Of a DNA stretch of 64,000 bases, positions 51,246-62,414 are shown in pieces (within the stretch, counting starts at the first letter, position 1; each line of letters starts with the position of its first letter). The translations under genes and the position numbers were made by a program. The stretch spans positions 43,898,001-43,962,000 of the forward strand of contig NC_087251.1 in assembly GCF_037042905.1 (NCBI RefSeq), in the 5' to 3' direction. The DNA is from Lytechinus pictus (taxonomy: Eukaryota). Below the pieces are notes generated by a model that was not told where the DNA came from, did not search any database, and saw only the letters and a list, made by a program, of their open reading frames with translations.

Positions 51246-53649
51246 GATGATGATGATGGTGGTGGTGGTGGTGGTGGTGTTGATGATGATGATGATGATG
51301 ATGGTAGTGGTGGTGATGATGATGATGACAATGATGGCAGTGGTGGTGGTGGTAATAATGGTGATGATTGATGATGACGGTGTTAATGATGATTATGACG
51401 ATGATGACATCTGTGACAAAATCTTTGTAACAAAATCATTTTAATCGAAACAAATTATGTGTAGTGTTAGTGAAGCCCAAAGTAATCATGTTATTGAAAG
51501 AAATGAACATAAATCTCTAGTAGTAAGTGACAGAAAGTCATAATATTTCTAACTTGATATTACTGAAAAGTAATATATCAAAGATGCATATTAAAAAAAC
51601 AAAAATGCAGAGAAACCAATTTGTGGTCTTTATTCACAGGTGGTGCTTCTATACAGGCAGTCCCAGACCTGCCAACCAGTACGTTTTAGCCGTATTTAGT
51701 ACGTTTTTGCAACCAAAATACGGCAGTACGTTTTTTCTTTGAAAAATAAGTTTTTCGTAAAAAAAATAAATAATAATAAAAAAAAAAATTATTTTTTAAA
51801 ACTAAATCGTAATTTATTGAGAAAAATAATCTCTATATGTCTCTATTTTATAAAACGTGCACAAATATGGTTATTAGATCAATGTAATTTTAGGTAACTT
51901 GTTTTTTTTTCAATCATTTTGTTCAAACCAGGGTAAAGATATACACATGTTTTAATGGGTTTTTTTTCAAATGCAAGAGCAGTGCGCATTTTAGCTTGCA
52001 TGCAGCTTGAGCGCCGCGATGAGCGAGTGCGCCAAGCATTTTATTATGAAATACACTTTTTGGGGGAAAAATACAGTTTTTTTTATCACAGAATACAGTT
52101 TTTCATTCCCAGAGATTGGCAGGTCTGCTGTCCCCAGTGCACATTGACTGTATTCAAGCAAATTTTGTGACTTATGTATCTTAGAATGTTGTGCCTCTGA
52201 AATGACACATATGCAATCAACATCTAATAGAGGGAAAGAAAATATTTTTGTTTTTTATTCATTTATTTGTTTATTTATTAATCAATTCATTTATTTTACA
52301 TTTTTGCTTGCTTTTAATGAATATCCAACTCAGTGTGTGTATAAGACATGATTGATGAATCGTGAACCTTCTGTAAATTGTCCTAGTTTTGATTCCATCT
52401 TTACGAATTTGTTCCTCTGATGTACCCACAGGTTTTATCATGATGACACCCCAACTCTTCATTAATTACAAAATGAAGTCTATAGCACATCTTCCCTGGC
52501 GTATGCTGACCTACAAAGCACTTAACACCTTCATTGACGATATATTTGCATTTGTAATCAAGATGCCCACCCTCTATCGCATTGGTTGCCTAAGAGATGG
52601 TGAGTTCCCTCCTCAAACTTGAGTAATTTAGTTTTTAAAAAAGGACATTTTTTACTGCATATAATGATGATTATAACCATTTGTATAGCGCCATCTATCT
52701 CACCAATTATTCCAAGGTGTATTCTTGTTATTACCACTGTTTTAGTTTGAGCTGCCATTTCCAGCTCTGTGCATTCAAGGAATTTATCCTGCTGGGTACC
52801 CATTCACCTCACCTGGGTCGAGTGCAGCGCAATGTGGATAAATTTCTTGCTGAAGAAAACAGCCCATCATCATCATCGTTATTATTGCATTATTGATAGT
52901 GATGATGATTGTGATTGTTTGAAGAAATACTATCATTGAAGACAATTATCTTCACTCATTCCTTACAAATGGTATCCACTGGTGAGCCTAAAAATGAATG
53001 AATTCGGTTGCAGAAAACACTAATTTCATGAGATATTCTATAAAAGCGAGGTTAATTGCCGTCCTAGACCTTGCTCTGGTAAATTTACATAAACCGAACT
53101 GTGTGAGATCATGAAGTCTTAGCTGAAAAACTTTCACAATGAAGATCACTAGCACACAAAAGCACATGTGGGACATCGAATTACTATTTTTTTTTTTTTA
53201 AGACCCGACATTGGGCTGCTTTACCATGCTCAGTTTTCTAATTTCTCAGTAATTACGCAAATTCTTCCAGAACATTTGTCACATATTTTTTTTATTCAAA
53301 CATACAGACACTTGGGTGGTTATTTTATTGGGTTTTATACAAATTCATTTTGAAATCGTTACCACAACTGGCTTATTAATCTGTAAGGCTTTGAGTTTCT
53401 ACAGTAATTACCAGCAAATCTGTGATTGAAGCAATTCACTTTTTTTTAATTTTCACTACCACAGATGTCATCTTCCTTATCTTCTTATATCAACGTTACA
53501 TCTATCCAACCGATTACAAGCGAGTCAACGAGTTCGGTACGACGGGTGAAATGCATGCAGCCGGAGACCAAAATGCAGCCGTCAATGGGGGCGCCACGCC
53601 TTCTATCGAAGCCGCAGAGAAGTCGAGTCAGGAGAAGAAAGAAGATTAA
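30979..53649 (+). CDS. CLPTM1: CLPTM1 (cleft lip and palate transmembrane protein 1, putative lipid scramblase), 14 coding exons, 626 aa
   Basis: Exons: 30979-31050, 38837-39049, 40506-40664, 41666-41783, 42900-42985, 44371-44491, 44983-45082, 45315-45456, 45983-46076, 48082-48272, 48861-48956, 50867-51002, 52432-52599, 53465-53649. All GT-AG, phases consistent, total 1881 nt. Motifs: KTKNLLTGETEADP, SHWHPNLTI, NDYWNL, ETNPYLL, FEFLAFKNDIQFW, PQLFINYK, AHLPW, YKALNTFIDD, RVNEFG; C-terminal KKxx. Confidence 0.95.
32706..34877. mobile_element. Inverted-repeat element (CTAGCCTGGAGGC ends) with an internal hairpin and a nested Tc1/mariner-like MITE
   Basis: ctagcctggaggcgtctggggagtaaaagtaa ... 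ttactttttactctctagaagcctccaggctag. Internal arm 33250-33366 pairs with 33621-33718 plus 34780-34803. Confidence 0.7.
33719..34779. mobile_element. Tc1/mariner (pogo/Tigger-like) non-autonomous element, TA TSD
   Basis: TA|CCGTAAGTAACGGACTATAAACCGCACC ... GGTGCGGTTAATAGACCGTTACTTACGG|TA, with subterminal repeats ccgtggat.aaccgca. Confidence 0.8.
35562..38740. mobile_element. Foldback-like non-autonomous element with ~1-kb inverted arms built from ~580-bp tandem modules
   Basis: Ends tagtagaccggccaaaa ... ttttggccggtctacta. 35562-~36512 is the near reverse complement of ~37733-38740. gaggaataacgtacgggcggatgccaag occurs twice per arm. Confidence 0.85.
37061..37300. mobile_element. hAT-like poly-G/C MITE inside the foldback element, 8-bp TSD (1 mismatch)
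   Basis: ttcctatg|CACTAGCGTACCTA ... TAGGTACGCTACTG|tttctatg. Confidence 0.75.
38837..39049 (+). CDS. CLPTM1: CLPTM1 exon 2 (poly-Q, first TM segment)
   Basis: PNMWQMVKGMAFRMFVIYMIMSFFR...NLFATGTLM; tcttag/gtatgg. Confidence 0.9.
39700..40050. repeat. Low-complexity T/C-rich tract
   Basis: (TTTC/TTC/TTAT)-like degenerate sequence. Confidence 0.8.
40048..40340 (-). mobile_element. 3' fragment of an L2-like LINE
   Basis: The minus frame reads ...LKNLLKTLLF, then gccttgagcactc...gtggatttggtgctttagaagt and an (ATT)n tail. Confidence 0.5.
40506..40664 (+). CDS. CLPTM1: CLPTM1 exon 3
   Basis: DLRVYISEEETFTEFN...LEYGDWEGG; atcag/gtaagt. Confidence 0.92.
41206..41350. mobile_element. Harbinger-like palindromic MITE, CAG TSD
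   Basis: cag|GGGCCTGTTGCAGAAAGAGTTGC ... GCAACTCTTTCTGCAACGGGCCC|cag. Confidence 0.75.
41666..41783 (+). CDS. CLPTM1: CLPTM1 exon 4
   Basis: NNASIYLHVFFTKSGYSPDP; tgcag/gtaggt. Confidence 0.92.
41945..42476. mobile_element. Kolobok-like MITE, TTAA TSD
   Basis: TTAA|AGGAAACCAAAA ... TTTTGGTTTCCT|TTAA; internal inverted gttgtactttctatggggatcctca / tgaggatccccatagaaagtacaac. Confidence 0.75.
42900..42985 (+). CDS. CLPTM1: CLPTM1 exon 5
   Basis: INKFKKRRFQKTKNLLTGETEADPEVIK; gacag/gtaggg. Confidence 0.93.
43698..44149. mobile_element. hAT-like MITE (CAGACCTGCCAAC ends), 6-bp TSD; contains (TA)n
   Basis: tgagct|CAGACCTGCCAAC ... GTTGGCAGGTCTG|tgagct. Confidence 0.8.
44371..44491 (+). CDS. CLPTM1: CLPTM1 exon 6
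   Basis: GPIEILSHWHPNLTIALVHDHSPW; tgtag/gtaagt. Confidence 0.93.
44983..45082 (+). CDS. CLPTM1: CLPTM1 exon 7
   Basis: GDYYPIVFVNDYWNL; atcag/gtgagt. Confidence 0.93.
45315..45456 (+). CDS. CLPTM1: CLPTM1 exon 8
   Basis: LPFRLTYTPMGLFKLQFYAAQ...DEEEDGLK; catag/gtaacc. Confidence 0.92.
45983..46076 (+). CDS. CLPTM1: CLPTM1 exon 9
   Basis: LETNPYLLGMTFVVSIVHSIFEFLAFKN; gacag/gtgagt. Confidence 0.94.
46400..46625 (+). mobile_element. Helentron/DINE-1-like element fragment
   Basis: ttttgtctcgcctgtttagcagagcgagact...gcggcggc...acattgaaatcttaacc; reverse complement of the 6700-6800 end. Confidence 0.55.
47067..47878. mobile_element. Harbinger-like element containing a nested palindromic MITE (47331-47542, CTG TSD)
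   Basis: Outer ends aggccccacttccacagaagg ... ccttctgtggaatgcaggttt; inner ctg|GGGGGTGTTTCACAAAG ... CTTTGTGAAACACCCCC|ctg. Confidence 0.65.
48082..48272 (+). CDS. CLPTM1: CLPTM1 exon 10
   Basis: IQFWNSRKSLEGLSVRSVFF...LDNETN...WKITKV; catag/gttagt. Confidence 0.94.
48861..48956 (+). CDS. CLPTM1: CLPTM1 exon 11
   Basis: FDRESLILGFIPKLQFADKDSYTESSTKQYDK; cccag/gtaagc. Confidence 0.92.
48981..49052. mobile_element. 72-bp piggyBac-like MITE, TTAA TSD
   Basis: TTAA|CCCGTTGACTACTG ... CAGTAGACAATGGG|TTAA. Confidence 0.65.
49677..49850 (+). mobile_element. 3' end of an RTE-clade LINE
   Basis: Degenerate KRKR-RPKTTW, then GWKSWNEARGCARDRQKWKESVEVLCATGHE* followed by a (TAG)n tail. Confidence 0.65.
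49880..50128 (-). mobile_element. tRNA-derived SINE (same family as 19823)
   Basis: Minus strand accggtgtgttggcttagttagtagagcg...gttcaaaccccggccgc, a shared body and an (TTTCA)n tail. Confidence 0.8.
50867..51002 (+). CDS. CLPTM1: CLPTM1 exon 12
   Basis: MAFKYLSWLLFPL...HRGWYSWVLSMLYGFLLTF; tctag/gtaaga. Confidence 0.94.
51010..51410. repeat. Compound (GGT)n/(GAT)n microsatellite at the 5' end of CLPTM1 intron 12
   Basis: About 400 bp of alternating ggt and gat runs starting 8 nt into the intron. Confidence 0.95.
51664..52127. mobile_element. Second copy of the CAGACCTGCCAAC MITE, 6-bp TSD (1 mismatch)
   Basis: cagtcc|CAGACCTGCCAAC ... ATTGGCAGGTCTG|ctgtcc; body highly similar to 43698-44149. 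Confidence 0.8.
52432..52599 (+). CDS. CLPTM1: CLPTM1 exon 13
   Basis: FIMMTPQLFINYKMKSIAHLPWRMLTYKALNTFIDD...RIGCLRD; cacag/gtgagt. Confidence 0.95.
53465..53649 (+). CDS. CLPTM1: CLPTM1 exon 14 (last coding exon)
   Basis: VIFLIFLYQRYIYPTDYKRVNEFG...KKED*; cacag acceptor. Confidence 0.94.
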
Positions 53650-56600
53650 GCAAGGGACCATATCTTTCTTTGTTTCTTTGATGATGTTGTGAGTGTTCCC
53701 CTTTTCCAACGCGTATGTTTAACAGTTTAAATGTAAACTTTTGCAAATTCTTGAAAACCTCCTTGAAGCCAACAGTTATACAGCAGGGGAGCATTTCATG
53801 GATTGAATTGTCAGTAATTTTCACTGACTATTTGTTGTAAGCTACCAAAATTCTTGCATCCGATTGGCTCAAACCAAGTTTGTCATTGATTTTCACTGAC
53901 AAGATGCTTGATGAAACAAGGACCTGTACATAACTCCATAGCCATTGAGCTTGCAGCATTCTTTGATGAAATAACACAGTCCAAATTCCTAGTTTAAAAT
54001 TCCTTGTTGAAAATTAGAAATTTAAGATCCAAATGTCAGCTAGAACGATGGGTATGCATATCAGATTTTACTTGAGCAAGGCAAAAAACTGTCTGTGGTA
54101 GTATGCATGGGTAAAGAGCTGAATGAATCTTTCTCTGTCTCTCTATCTCTATCTCTCTCTCCTTCCATCTCTTTTCGACGTCCCCTGTCCATCACACAAC
54201 CAATCGTCAATATATCAATGAATGTGGAATGTCGTAGTTTATGAGGCTAATATGTTCTTTGTTCTACATAAGTGTGAGTGTGTGCAGGATCCTTGACTAG
54301 TAACTCTCTTTGGCAGCTCACTCTGTAAGCAATACCGTTTTTCGCTGCCTATGAACATTATAGGCGGCAGATCCAGCCATTCACAGTACATGAAGTATCA
54401 TGCAATATTTTAGAGCATTTTATCATTAAATGTCTTGCCTGATTGGGTATTTCTTTGTTGGACATTGGTAGTAATCTCTTTACTTGCATTAATGTGATTT
54501 TTTTTCGTAAACAAAATAGGAATAATGAATGTTTGTGAAAAAAGTAAAGAATTGTACCTGATTTTACCAATGTACATGTAAGTTATTGTTTATATTCAAA
54601 GATGTATGAAATGAGTTATAAGAGATTAAATTGATTGTGTTTTATCATGGATTTGTACATTTTTAAGCCATTTATTGTGGTATCAAGGCCACTCCATGGC
54701 CCGAATTCACAATGGTGGTTTTGAATATGTGGATTCAAATCATCTTTTATGCAGATATTTGTTATCAATTACACCTAATTCATTGTGTATATTGAGAAAT
54801 CATCCAGTAATGAAAGTGTGCTTTATCTCGGCACTCTACAATGGTGCTTTTTAATGAGTCAACTGTTTGTTGGGATTAAGTTACATAAACATGTAACTTA
54901 TAAATACAGTAATTTTAGTGACAAGCGTCAATTTAGCTTAGGTGGCATGTATGAATTCATTTTTGGACGTATCAATGTAGGTGCTGAAATTTGGGTAATG
55001 GAGGATAAAATCTGCATAAGATGTAGTTCGAAACCAATGGATTGGAAACCAACTTTGTTAATTCGGGCCAGAATTTTGTTATTTCATCTGACATCCCCTC
55101 AAACTTATGCATAAAACAGCCTTTAAATGTGATTCATTTCCAAGGAATGGGGAGTGTCATATGTGTATTTTAGAGATTTTTAGAAAATATTTGTTAATTC
55201 CTTATTCTGAAATCTGAAATTAGTGTTTAAATGTCATGAAATCAAAGTTATATCAAATTTCAGCTGTTCATTTATGAAAAGATATACCCCTCATTAACCC
55301 ACCTGCTACGATAAGCAATGAATCATGTATAAAGGGAATTAGGATATTATAAGTAATATCAAACGAGTTAATATTGTTCCTGGCATAATTAGAGAGGACA
55401 TATGTATCATGAAATTTTGTCATACCATGGACCTACAAACAGAAGGACATTCATCGGTTAGTTAATGAATACCCTAAAATGTTTCATTTTCATCTGACTA
55501 ACATTCTTTTTATATTAAAATGTGCAGACATACATATTACTTCACACAATTTTTGTACAGCTTTTGAGACCAAGTTATATCATGTGGCATATCATGTGAC
55601 CTTTCACATGACAGTATCTTGCTAAGAGTCCATATAAATGGCTCATATACATGTATATGATTTGTGTGAAGGCTTGATGGAATCTGGTTTCAGTCATGAA
55701 TTTCATGAAAAGATGTTAATTATTCTGATTAGTTCATGTTGGGTCAGTTAAATTTGTTCATGGCTATGTACCGAGTTCAATTAAAAAAAAAACACTAAGT
55801 AATTAATGTAATTTTATAAAACAAAAGAAAATTAGACCTTTGGTAACTTTCATATTAGAAAGTTATGAAATGGTAAAATGCTAAAATGTCTACTGTTTAG
55901 AAATTACAACGTCTCAAGCGAAATTCAGGTTTGATTTAATTATCATGATCAATTCAGATTTCTTTTTAGAAAAAATACTATCTGGAATATGTGTTCTAAC
56001 TTTCAATGCAATGGCATATTTGGCAACCAAGATTGGAAGTGGCCATATACTCTTCCTCAGAGGTGTTTTAAGATTCATGCTTGAAATATGAAAAATATGT
56101 GGAAAATCCAGGAAAAGTAGAATAATATTAAGCTGTATTTAAGGCCCACATTATTGAAAGAGCAGTTATGCATTTAGCACTAAAAATTCATATTACTGTT
56201 TGATTGTTCAAAATTATGTTATTGATTATTAATATTGGTTCATGGAAAATAGTTAAAAATCATGATGACTTGAAATTTATGCAGGTATTATGGCAGTATC
56301 TTTATATTCAAATGACAAAAAAATATCAATCCGATCCCCAGTATATATATATAGTTGTCGTGTTTGTATGGTTTGGTGTATACGTCTATTTATTATAGCT
56401 ATGTCATGAAACGTTTGGGCTGTTTTTGCTTGTTCGGGTTATGAGGTCGTGGATAATTGTTTTATTGAAAGGGGAGAGGGTGGGGTGGATTATTATGCCT
56501 GTGGAAAAAATTATTTGAAAATGTTGAGTTTATTATTTCTTTGTCCTTTTTTTTTAAATCAAATAAATAGCTATCTGGTAGTGCATCATGTAGATTATGA

Positions 56601-58811
56601 TATGAAAGTGTATTTTTATTCATGACAATCAAGAGTGCAAATCACAAGTTTAATCCACTAAGTACATGATATTTTAAGACTGCTCTTGATTTAATTAATT
56701 GAATCAGATGTCATAATCTGCTCAAATTGATTGAATGAACTATTGATTTTTACCTGTTATGGAGTAAGAGAATTCAATTTGTTATTATATATTGGTATTG
56801 CATAATAAGACTTATTGTATTTTTATTCCCTTTGACAAAAATGAATGTTTTAGGCCATTTTCACAATTGCCTGATTGTACCTGATTTTACCAATGTACAT
56901 GTAAGTTATTGTTTATATTCAAAGATGTATGAATTGAGTTATAAGAGATTAAATTGATTGTAATCCTTGGTTCAATTCATGGGCATTATTTTTTGGTAAT
57001 GTCTCTGGAAAAAAAATGTGATTCTAGGTACATCTTTTGAAATGTTAGTCATATTTTGTAATGGAATGAATGCAAGGCCGTATATGACAGAGACATCACA
57101 CTTGTGCCAAATTTGAATCCCCATGGGTATTAGTATTTACAAATTCTACCTTTTCATAATTTTCTTGTTTGTCCTGGGTTTTCTTTTAATGTCACTTATC
57201 AGATTCTATGATTTTACGCTTTCTTTTAACAACATCTTTATATTTTGGTTGGATTCCCCCGCTCTCAAATTCAATAAAAGTGGTATTAGTTGAAATACAC
57301 CACCACTTGATTCACAGTACTGCAATAAGCGTGTGTAAAATCGAGTATATCTAAAGCCAAAGGCCTTTCTCTGGCTTCTCCCCTGTCAAATATACACACA
57401 TACACAAACAGGAATGAATGCAGGGGTATTAATTAAATGATTATACAGAGAATGTAAAGACCGATTGATGCTTATGGATATAAATATTTTTAAACAAAAT
57501 TTGTGAAGCAGAATTCTTGTTTCTGTCCAGGTAATTTTCCAACGATTTTGATATTTCAAATATTTTCAGATTTACAAAATTAAACATCCATGCTTTCATA
57601 GCAATCAAGTAACTTAAATCATATTGAGGGAATTATTGAAGAGAATATGCCAATTGATGTTTCCAGATATTTTATCTCTATTATCAAGGAAGTTAATAAA
57701 CATATATGGATTTGGATTATTGTTCTTGGTCCAACATACTTCATTTTGTGGGTTAATCAAACGGAATATTCTGATCTAATTCTATTCTCAGTAACTATTG
57801 GTCGCAGTATATACTTGTAATCCTGTTCAACAAGTATGGAATGTGTTGAGAACTTTGTTTACCTCCATTTTTGTCCACAGTTTAATAGTGAAAATCTCTT
57901 TAATGATCTGTCATGTCCTCATTGCAGTGGAAGCAAATTATGTATATATCTTTAAATTTCTCCCCAAATCAGAAGCCTTTTTGGTCACTCACTTCAGAGA
58001 AAATGAAGAAATAATACAAGAAACTCTGTTTAACGGACTTGGTGGGCGTTTGGTCTGATATCGTATTTCATGTCTCATTTTTATGGCTCGTATGAGACAC
58101 GCTAACTTCGAATTTTAAAACGAAAAAAATTTGTTATTTTATTGCTACCTGCTGGTCATGTTATAATAATTGGCAGTGCCTTTATACTTGTTTTGCTTTA
58201 TTTTTAGGGGTGGGGGTTATTTTTTTATTTGATAGGCATTGGCATGTATTCTGAAGTCTTATTTAAGCCCGTGGTCTAATTCTTTGCTCAATTTATAGGA
58301 AGCTGACAATATCCAAGTTTATGCACTGTTTGTATCTTCTATTCTCTCTGCTCATTTCTCATGCTTTAATGGTGAAGAAAACTATTTCAGTTTCTATTCC
58401 GAGCTGGTTGTGAATTATCCGCGTGTTAAATAAGCTGATAAAGTGAACCTGTACTAAGATTTGTGTCACAGTTGGCTTTCCATAGTTAAACCACAATCAG
58501 ACCAGAGTTCAAACTAACTCGAATTCAGAATACGGGCCATGACGTCGACTGCCTGTCACTAAGAATAATAGGTCAAAGGGTTCATATAGGAGCGCCTTGA
58601 ACAACTTAATAAGGTGGATATGTGCACTATACAAGCACCCTATAGTTTGTTATAATTTGAAATGATTGAATACACATGTATGTTAGCTTGATTATGTGGT
58701 TTTGTTATTCAACTCAAATTGTGAAATATTCAATGACATTAACGTTCATGCTTGCACATGTCGATAGCAGCATAGTGAGATATTGGACCTCCTCCTGTCA
58801 AAGATAATCAG

Positions 58812-59572
58812 GGTCCCGTCTTACAAAGAGTTACGATTGATCCGATCAATCGTAACTCCATGGAAATCCGTCAGTGTCATAATATTTTCTACAGGAAAGT
58901 TTGCACAATTTCCTTTGTAAACAAAGAGAAGCGCAGTGAATTTTCAAGAAAACAATGAATGCATGAATATACATCATAGCTAGAAATAATATTTTGAACA
59001 AACGTGCATAATAGATGTTGATGTTGCTGGCCGTCCATAGTTGTGATTGATCGGATCAATCGCAACTCTTTGTAAGACGGGGGCTGTAGGTGTTCATGAA
59101 GCTGTTCATATGTGTACAAGCGACTTCGAGAATGACTGATGATTCTTAGGCGCTAATCATTTACCACAAGAATTGAGGATCACCAGTCGTTCGTCAAAAG
59201 TCGCTCGTAACTTACAAACAACTTTGGTAAATGGTAATGGTCTTGATTTTTTACCTGATTGCTAACAAAGCACGAATGCGTGTAAGACAATGAAACACCC
59301 ACGGGGGCCCCGTCTTACAAAGAGTTACAATTGATACGATCAATCGTAATTCTATGGAAATCCATCAGTGTCATAGTTATCTACGAAAATTTGCACAATA
59401 TCCTTTGTATGCAAAGAGAAGCGCAGTGAATTTTTAAGAAAACAATGAATGCATGAATATACATCACAGCTAGAAAATATTTTGAACAAAGTTGCATAAT
59501 AGATGTTGACATTGCTGGCCATCCATAGTTGTGATTGATCGGATCAATCGTAACTCTTTGTAAGACGGGGCC
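58812..59572. mobile_element. Cluster of Harbinger-like MITEs: two copies (58812-59083, ~59305-59572) of the GG.CCCGTCTTACAAAGAGTT family flanking a fragment of the 14673 family
   Basis: cccgtcttacaaagagttac.attgat.cgatcaatc ... gattgatcggatcaatcg.aactctttgtaagacggg. Older copies at ~18920-19186 and ~39085-39305. Confidence 0.8.
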
Positions 59573-61989
59573 CTGGTATTTTACGTATGAATCATGATGG
59601 TGGATATCAGGATTGTTCATTTCATTGTTTGTTTATAGTATTATTATCAGTCTATATTGTCTGATTGGCAATATGCAAAGTTGTGTGTTACAATAAGATA
59701 TATATACACAGGCCACAATGATTTAATAAAATGAATGAACCAAATGAGAGACTTTTGTCATTAATATTTGAAAGGAGTCATTTGTTTGCGAGTGTAGCAT
59801 TCTTGCCAACTGCAGTTATGTAATCAGGGTACTTCTTTCGATAATTGAATACCAAAGCATTTATTTTTTAATATTGTATTCCAATATATGGGAATACCTG
59901 TTCCTGATATAGAAGTGAGTGAATTCTGATAAAAATCATGTCTAGTTTAGGCACGTATGCAGAGTACCGGTAGATGAAGTATTTTAAAAACAATTATAAT
60001 CTTCATTATTGGGACTTAAGTATTGATTTACCCTTTTCAACATGAAATGCATGTATATCTGTATTCAATTTTTAACAAACTTTGATTCAAACTTGATTAA
60101 GTAGATCTTATGTAAGTTGAAATTTCGCAATTTTTTTTTTTGTCATTGTTCTCTCACTCAAAATTTGTTTACTTCCTAATTCCCAGTAGCCCTGAGAGAC
60201 TTGCAAACTACCTTATTTAAATAGTTGAATAGTTAGTATTAACATAGTAAGAAAATATTGAAAATTTTGAAAATGACCATATTATTCTCAGCCCCCGTAA
60301 TCAGGGTTGTCTATTAGGGGGTTTTAATCCCTTGTCTGAAAATTTGACAAGGAAAAAAAAAAAAAAGGTCTAGCTTTCAAAATTGTCTCAGTAAAAATTG
60401 TTAGAAATTTTTTCCTTGAAAAACTCCTTCCCTGTTTTATTATTTTGGAAATTTTGGGGATTGATCGAACCCCCAGAGGTCCCACCCCCTGGCCCCTCCC
60501 CCGGGCTTGATACGTTCCAAATGTATAATGAAAGGCAGTACCTACACTATACATGTAGAATAAAAGATATGCATATCAAATGCAAAACAGAGTCGTTATT
60601 TCCATCATTTCAGTTCGTTTCGACTCCTTTTATCTAGTTTCATCCTAAAATGTATCGATATATTCATGCTGTGGTCTGGGACTATAGTCATTGAGAGTAA
60701 AGTGAATCTGGCAGTTTTATCGCGTTCAAAGTTCGTCTTTATTTATCCATATTGGAAATTTGTTTTTTTGACAACAAACATCAAAATACCATATTAAACA
60801 TTTAAAGCCATATGTGGCTGCCTCCGATTTCATTTTGGCAGCTTCCCGCGCCCCTTGTGGATGCGCGTTTTTACCTTATTATCTACGCGCTGCGCTAGTT
60901 AGCTTTAAGTCTTTTTACCACTGATTCTTTCGATAATAAAAGATAATTCCTTATTTGAACATTATGATTATTGAAATTGTTAATCGAACGAATTGTATCA
61001 TAATTCTTGTGTATAATAGTATTCTATATATTTTCCAACACTTTCTCCGGTCTCACGTGCCAATACAGTATAGTTATAAAACATATTTTCTTGATTATAT
61101 TTTATGGTATCAATGTGCGCAAAGTGCCATGACAACCCAAAATAACTATGTTCTTGATTCTGTCATTTTGCTGTTATTTGACCTAGAAGGAGACCTTCGT
61201 TCACGGCTCCCCTTCTTTGTAATTTGTTTTAGCTTTACTGCCAAAAGTTATTTATGTCCAGCCAACGAGGTGAGTTGGATCGAAAGAAGTGTTTCTTATT
61301 TATGATATTGCTGATACAAATTATTAATTAATTCTTTATTTTATTGTAATATTATTTTAATGATTGTGGAATACGTTATGGATATTTATGTTTCAGAACT
61401 TGATCGATCAGTATTGATGTGTTTTTTGTTTATATTACGTAAATGTACTTGAAACTTAGTGGCATGACAATTGGTTATGAATGATAAGAAATATGCTCGT
61501 ATATGTCTTGTTTGAAATATCACAGTTGAGGAAAATTCACTATTAAAAAGAATGGCTTAATAAGACTTGATTAATATATGTTTAATTGGAAAGATATTAT
61601 TGCAATGTACATATTCAATTTGAAATTAATTGTTTGAACTGTTCATTGTTTTGTTACAGTTACGGCACTGTTTGGAATGTATAAATGTTTCGAATTTCAA
61701 CATCCATCTAAACGTTGGATCTTTTGTCGACATAACTTGGTGGCAGTCCGGGTGGCAGTTATACCATATTACATACAAATTATATTATATAAAGTGAATG
61801 TCGAGTGTAGGCGTATGTAATTTGAATTTTTCATATGATTGATGTGGTTTGGGACTCGACTAGTGATTTAGTGATCGAAAGTGACAGGATGACAGGTCCT
61901 TAGATTGTCACCCTTTGTCCACCGTCCCATGCACGATGATTTAAAAAATCCGCCCTTCCCACTCCCCTCTTCTTGGAAGCAAATCAAAC

Positions 61990-62243
61990 CTATTTGTCAG
62001 CTCACTCTCTGAACGTACCGTACGTGCATATCGGGCTAGCCCAGGCGCCCAGCCTCGGCGGCCTAACCGTAGTGTCCAGTGCATGCCGCGCTGTGGTCGG
62101 TCGTGCGTATGTAAGAATCGTTTACGGAGGCGGCCGCCACATCCGAGGGATCCGTACGACGAGAAGAAAGGGAATAAGATGGACATATAAAGTGCGGTCT
62201 GACTCTTTTGTTTTCAATATTCGCTGTACAATAATCAACCAAG
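61990..62243 (+). promoter_or_regulatory. CpG-rich promoter / 5' UTR region of LCLAT1
   Basis: Local GC/CpG rise immediately upstream of the first coding exon. Confidence 0.4.
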
Positions 62244-62414
62244 ATGAATTACCTAAAATTGAAGGGTTTCGGGGCACTATTTCTTTCCTTTTCATCGGCG
62301 TTTGTGGGTTCCGTTTTACTGATGGGCCCGGTGCTACCGCTCATGATCCTCGCCCCCCAGGTTTACCGGCGACTAACGGACCTAATCATTGGAATGTGGC
62401 TCGCTTTGCCCATG
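62244..62414 (+). CDS. LCLAT1: Lysocardiolipin acyltransferase 1, first coding exon (gene continues beyond the window)
   Basis: KGFGALFLSFSSAFVGSVLLMGPVLPLMILAPQVYRRLTDLIIGMWLALPM resembles the LCLAT1 N-terminus (KG....L..GSF.GSIFML.P.LPLM...P.WYR....L...WL.LP, from memory). Donor ATG|gtaagt; GC/CpG-rich region upstream. Confidence 0.8.

Noticed and set aside
50856..51444. Long Gly/Asp-, Val/Met- and Thr/Ile-rich ORFs
   Set aside because: Translations of the (GGT/GAT)n microsatellite; only 50867-51002 is a CLPTM1 exon
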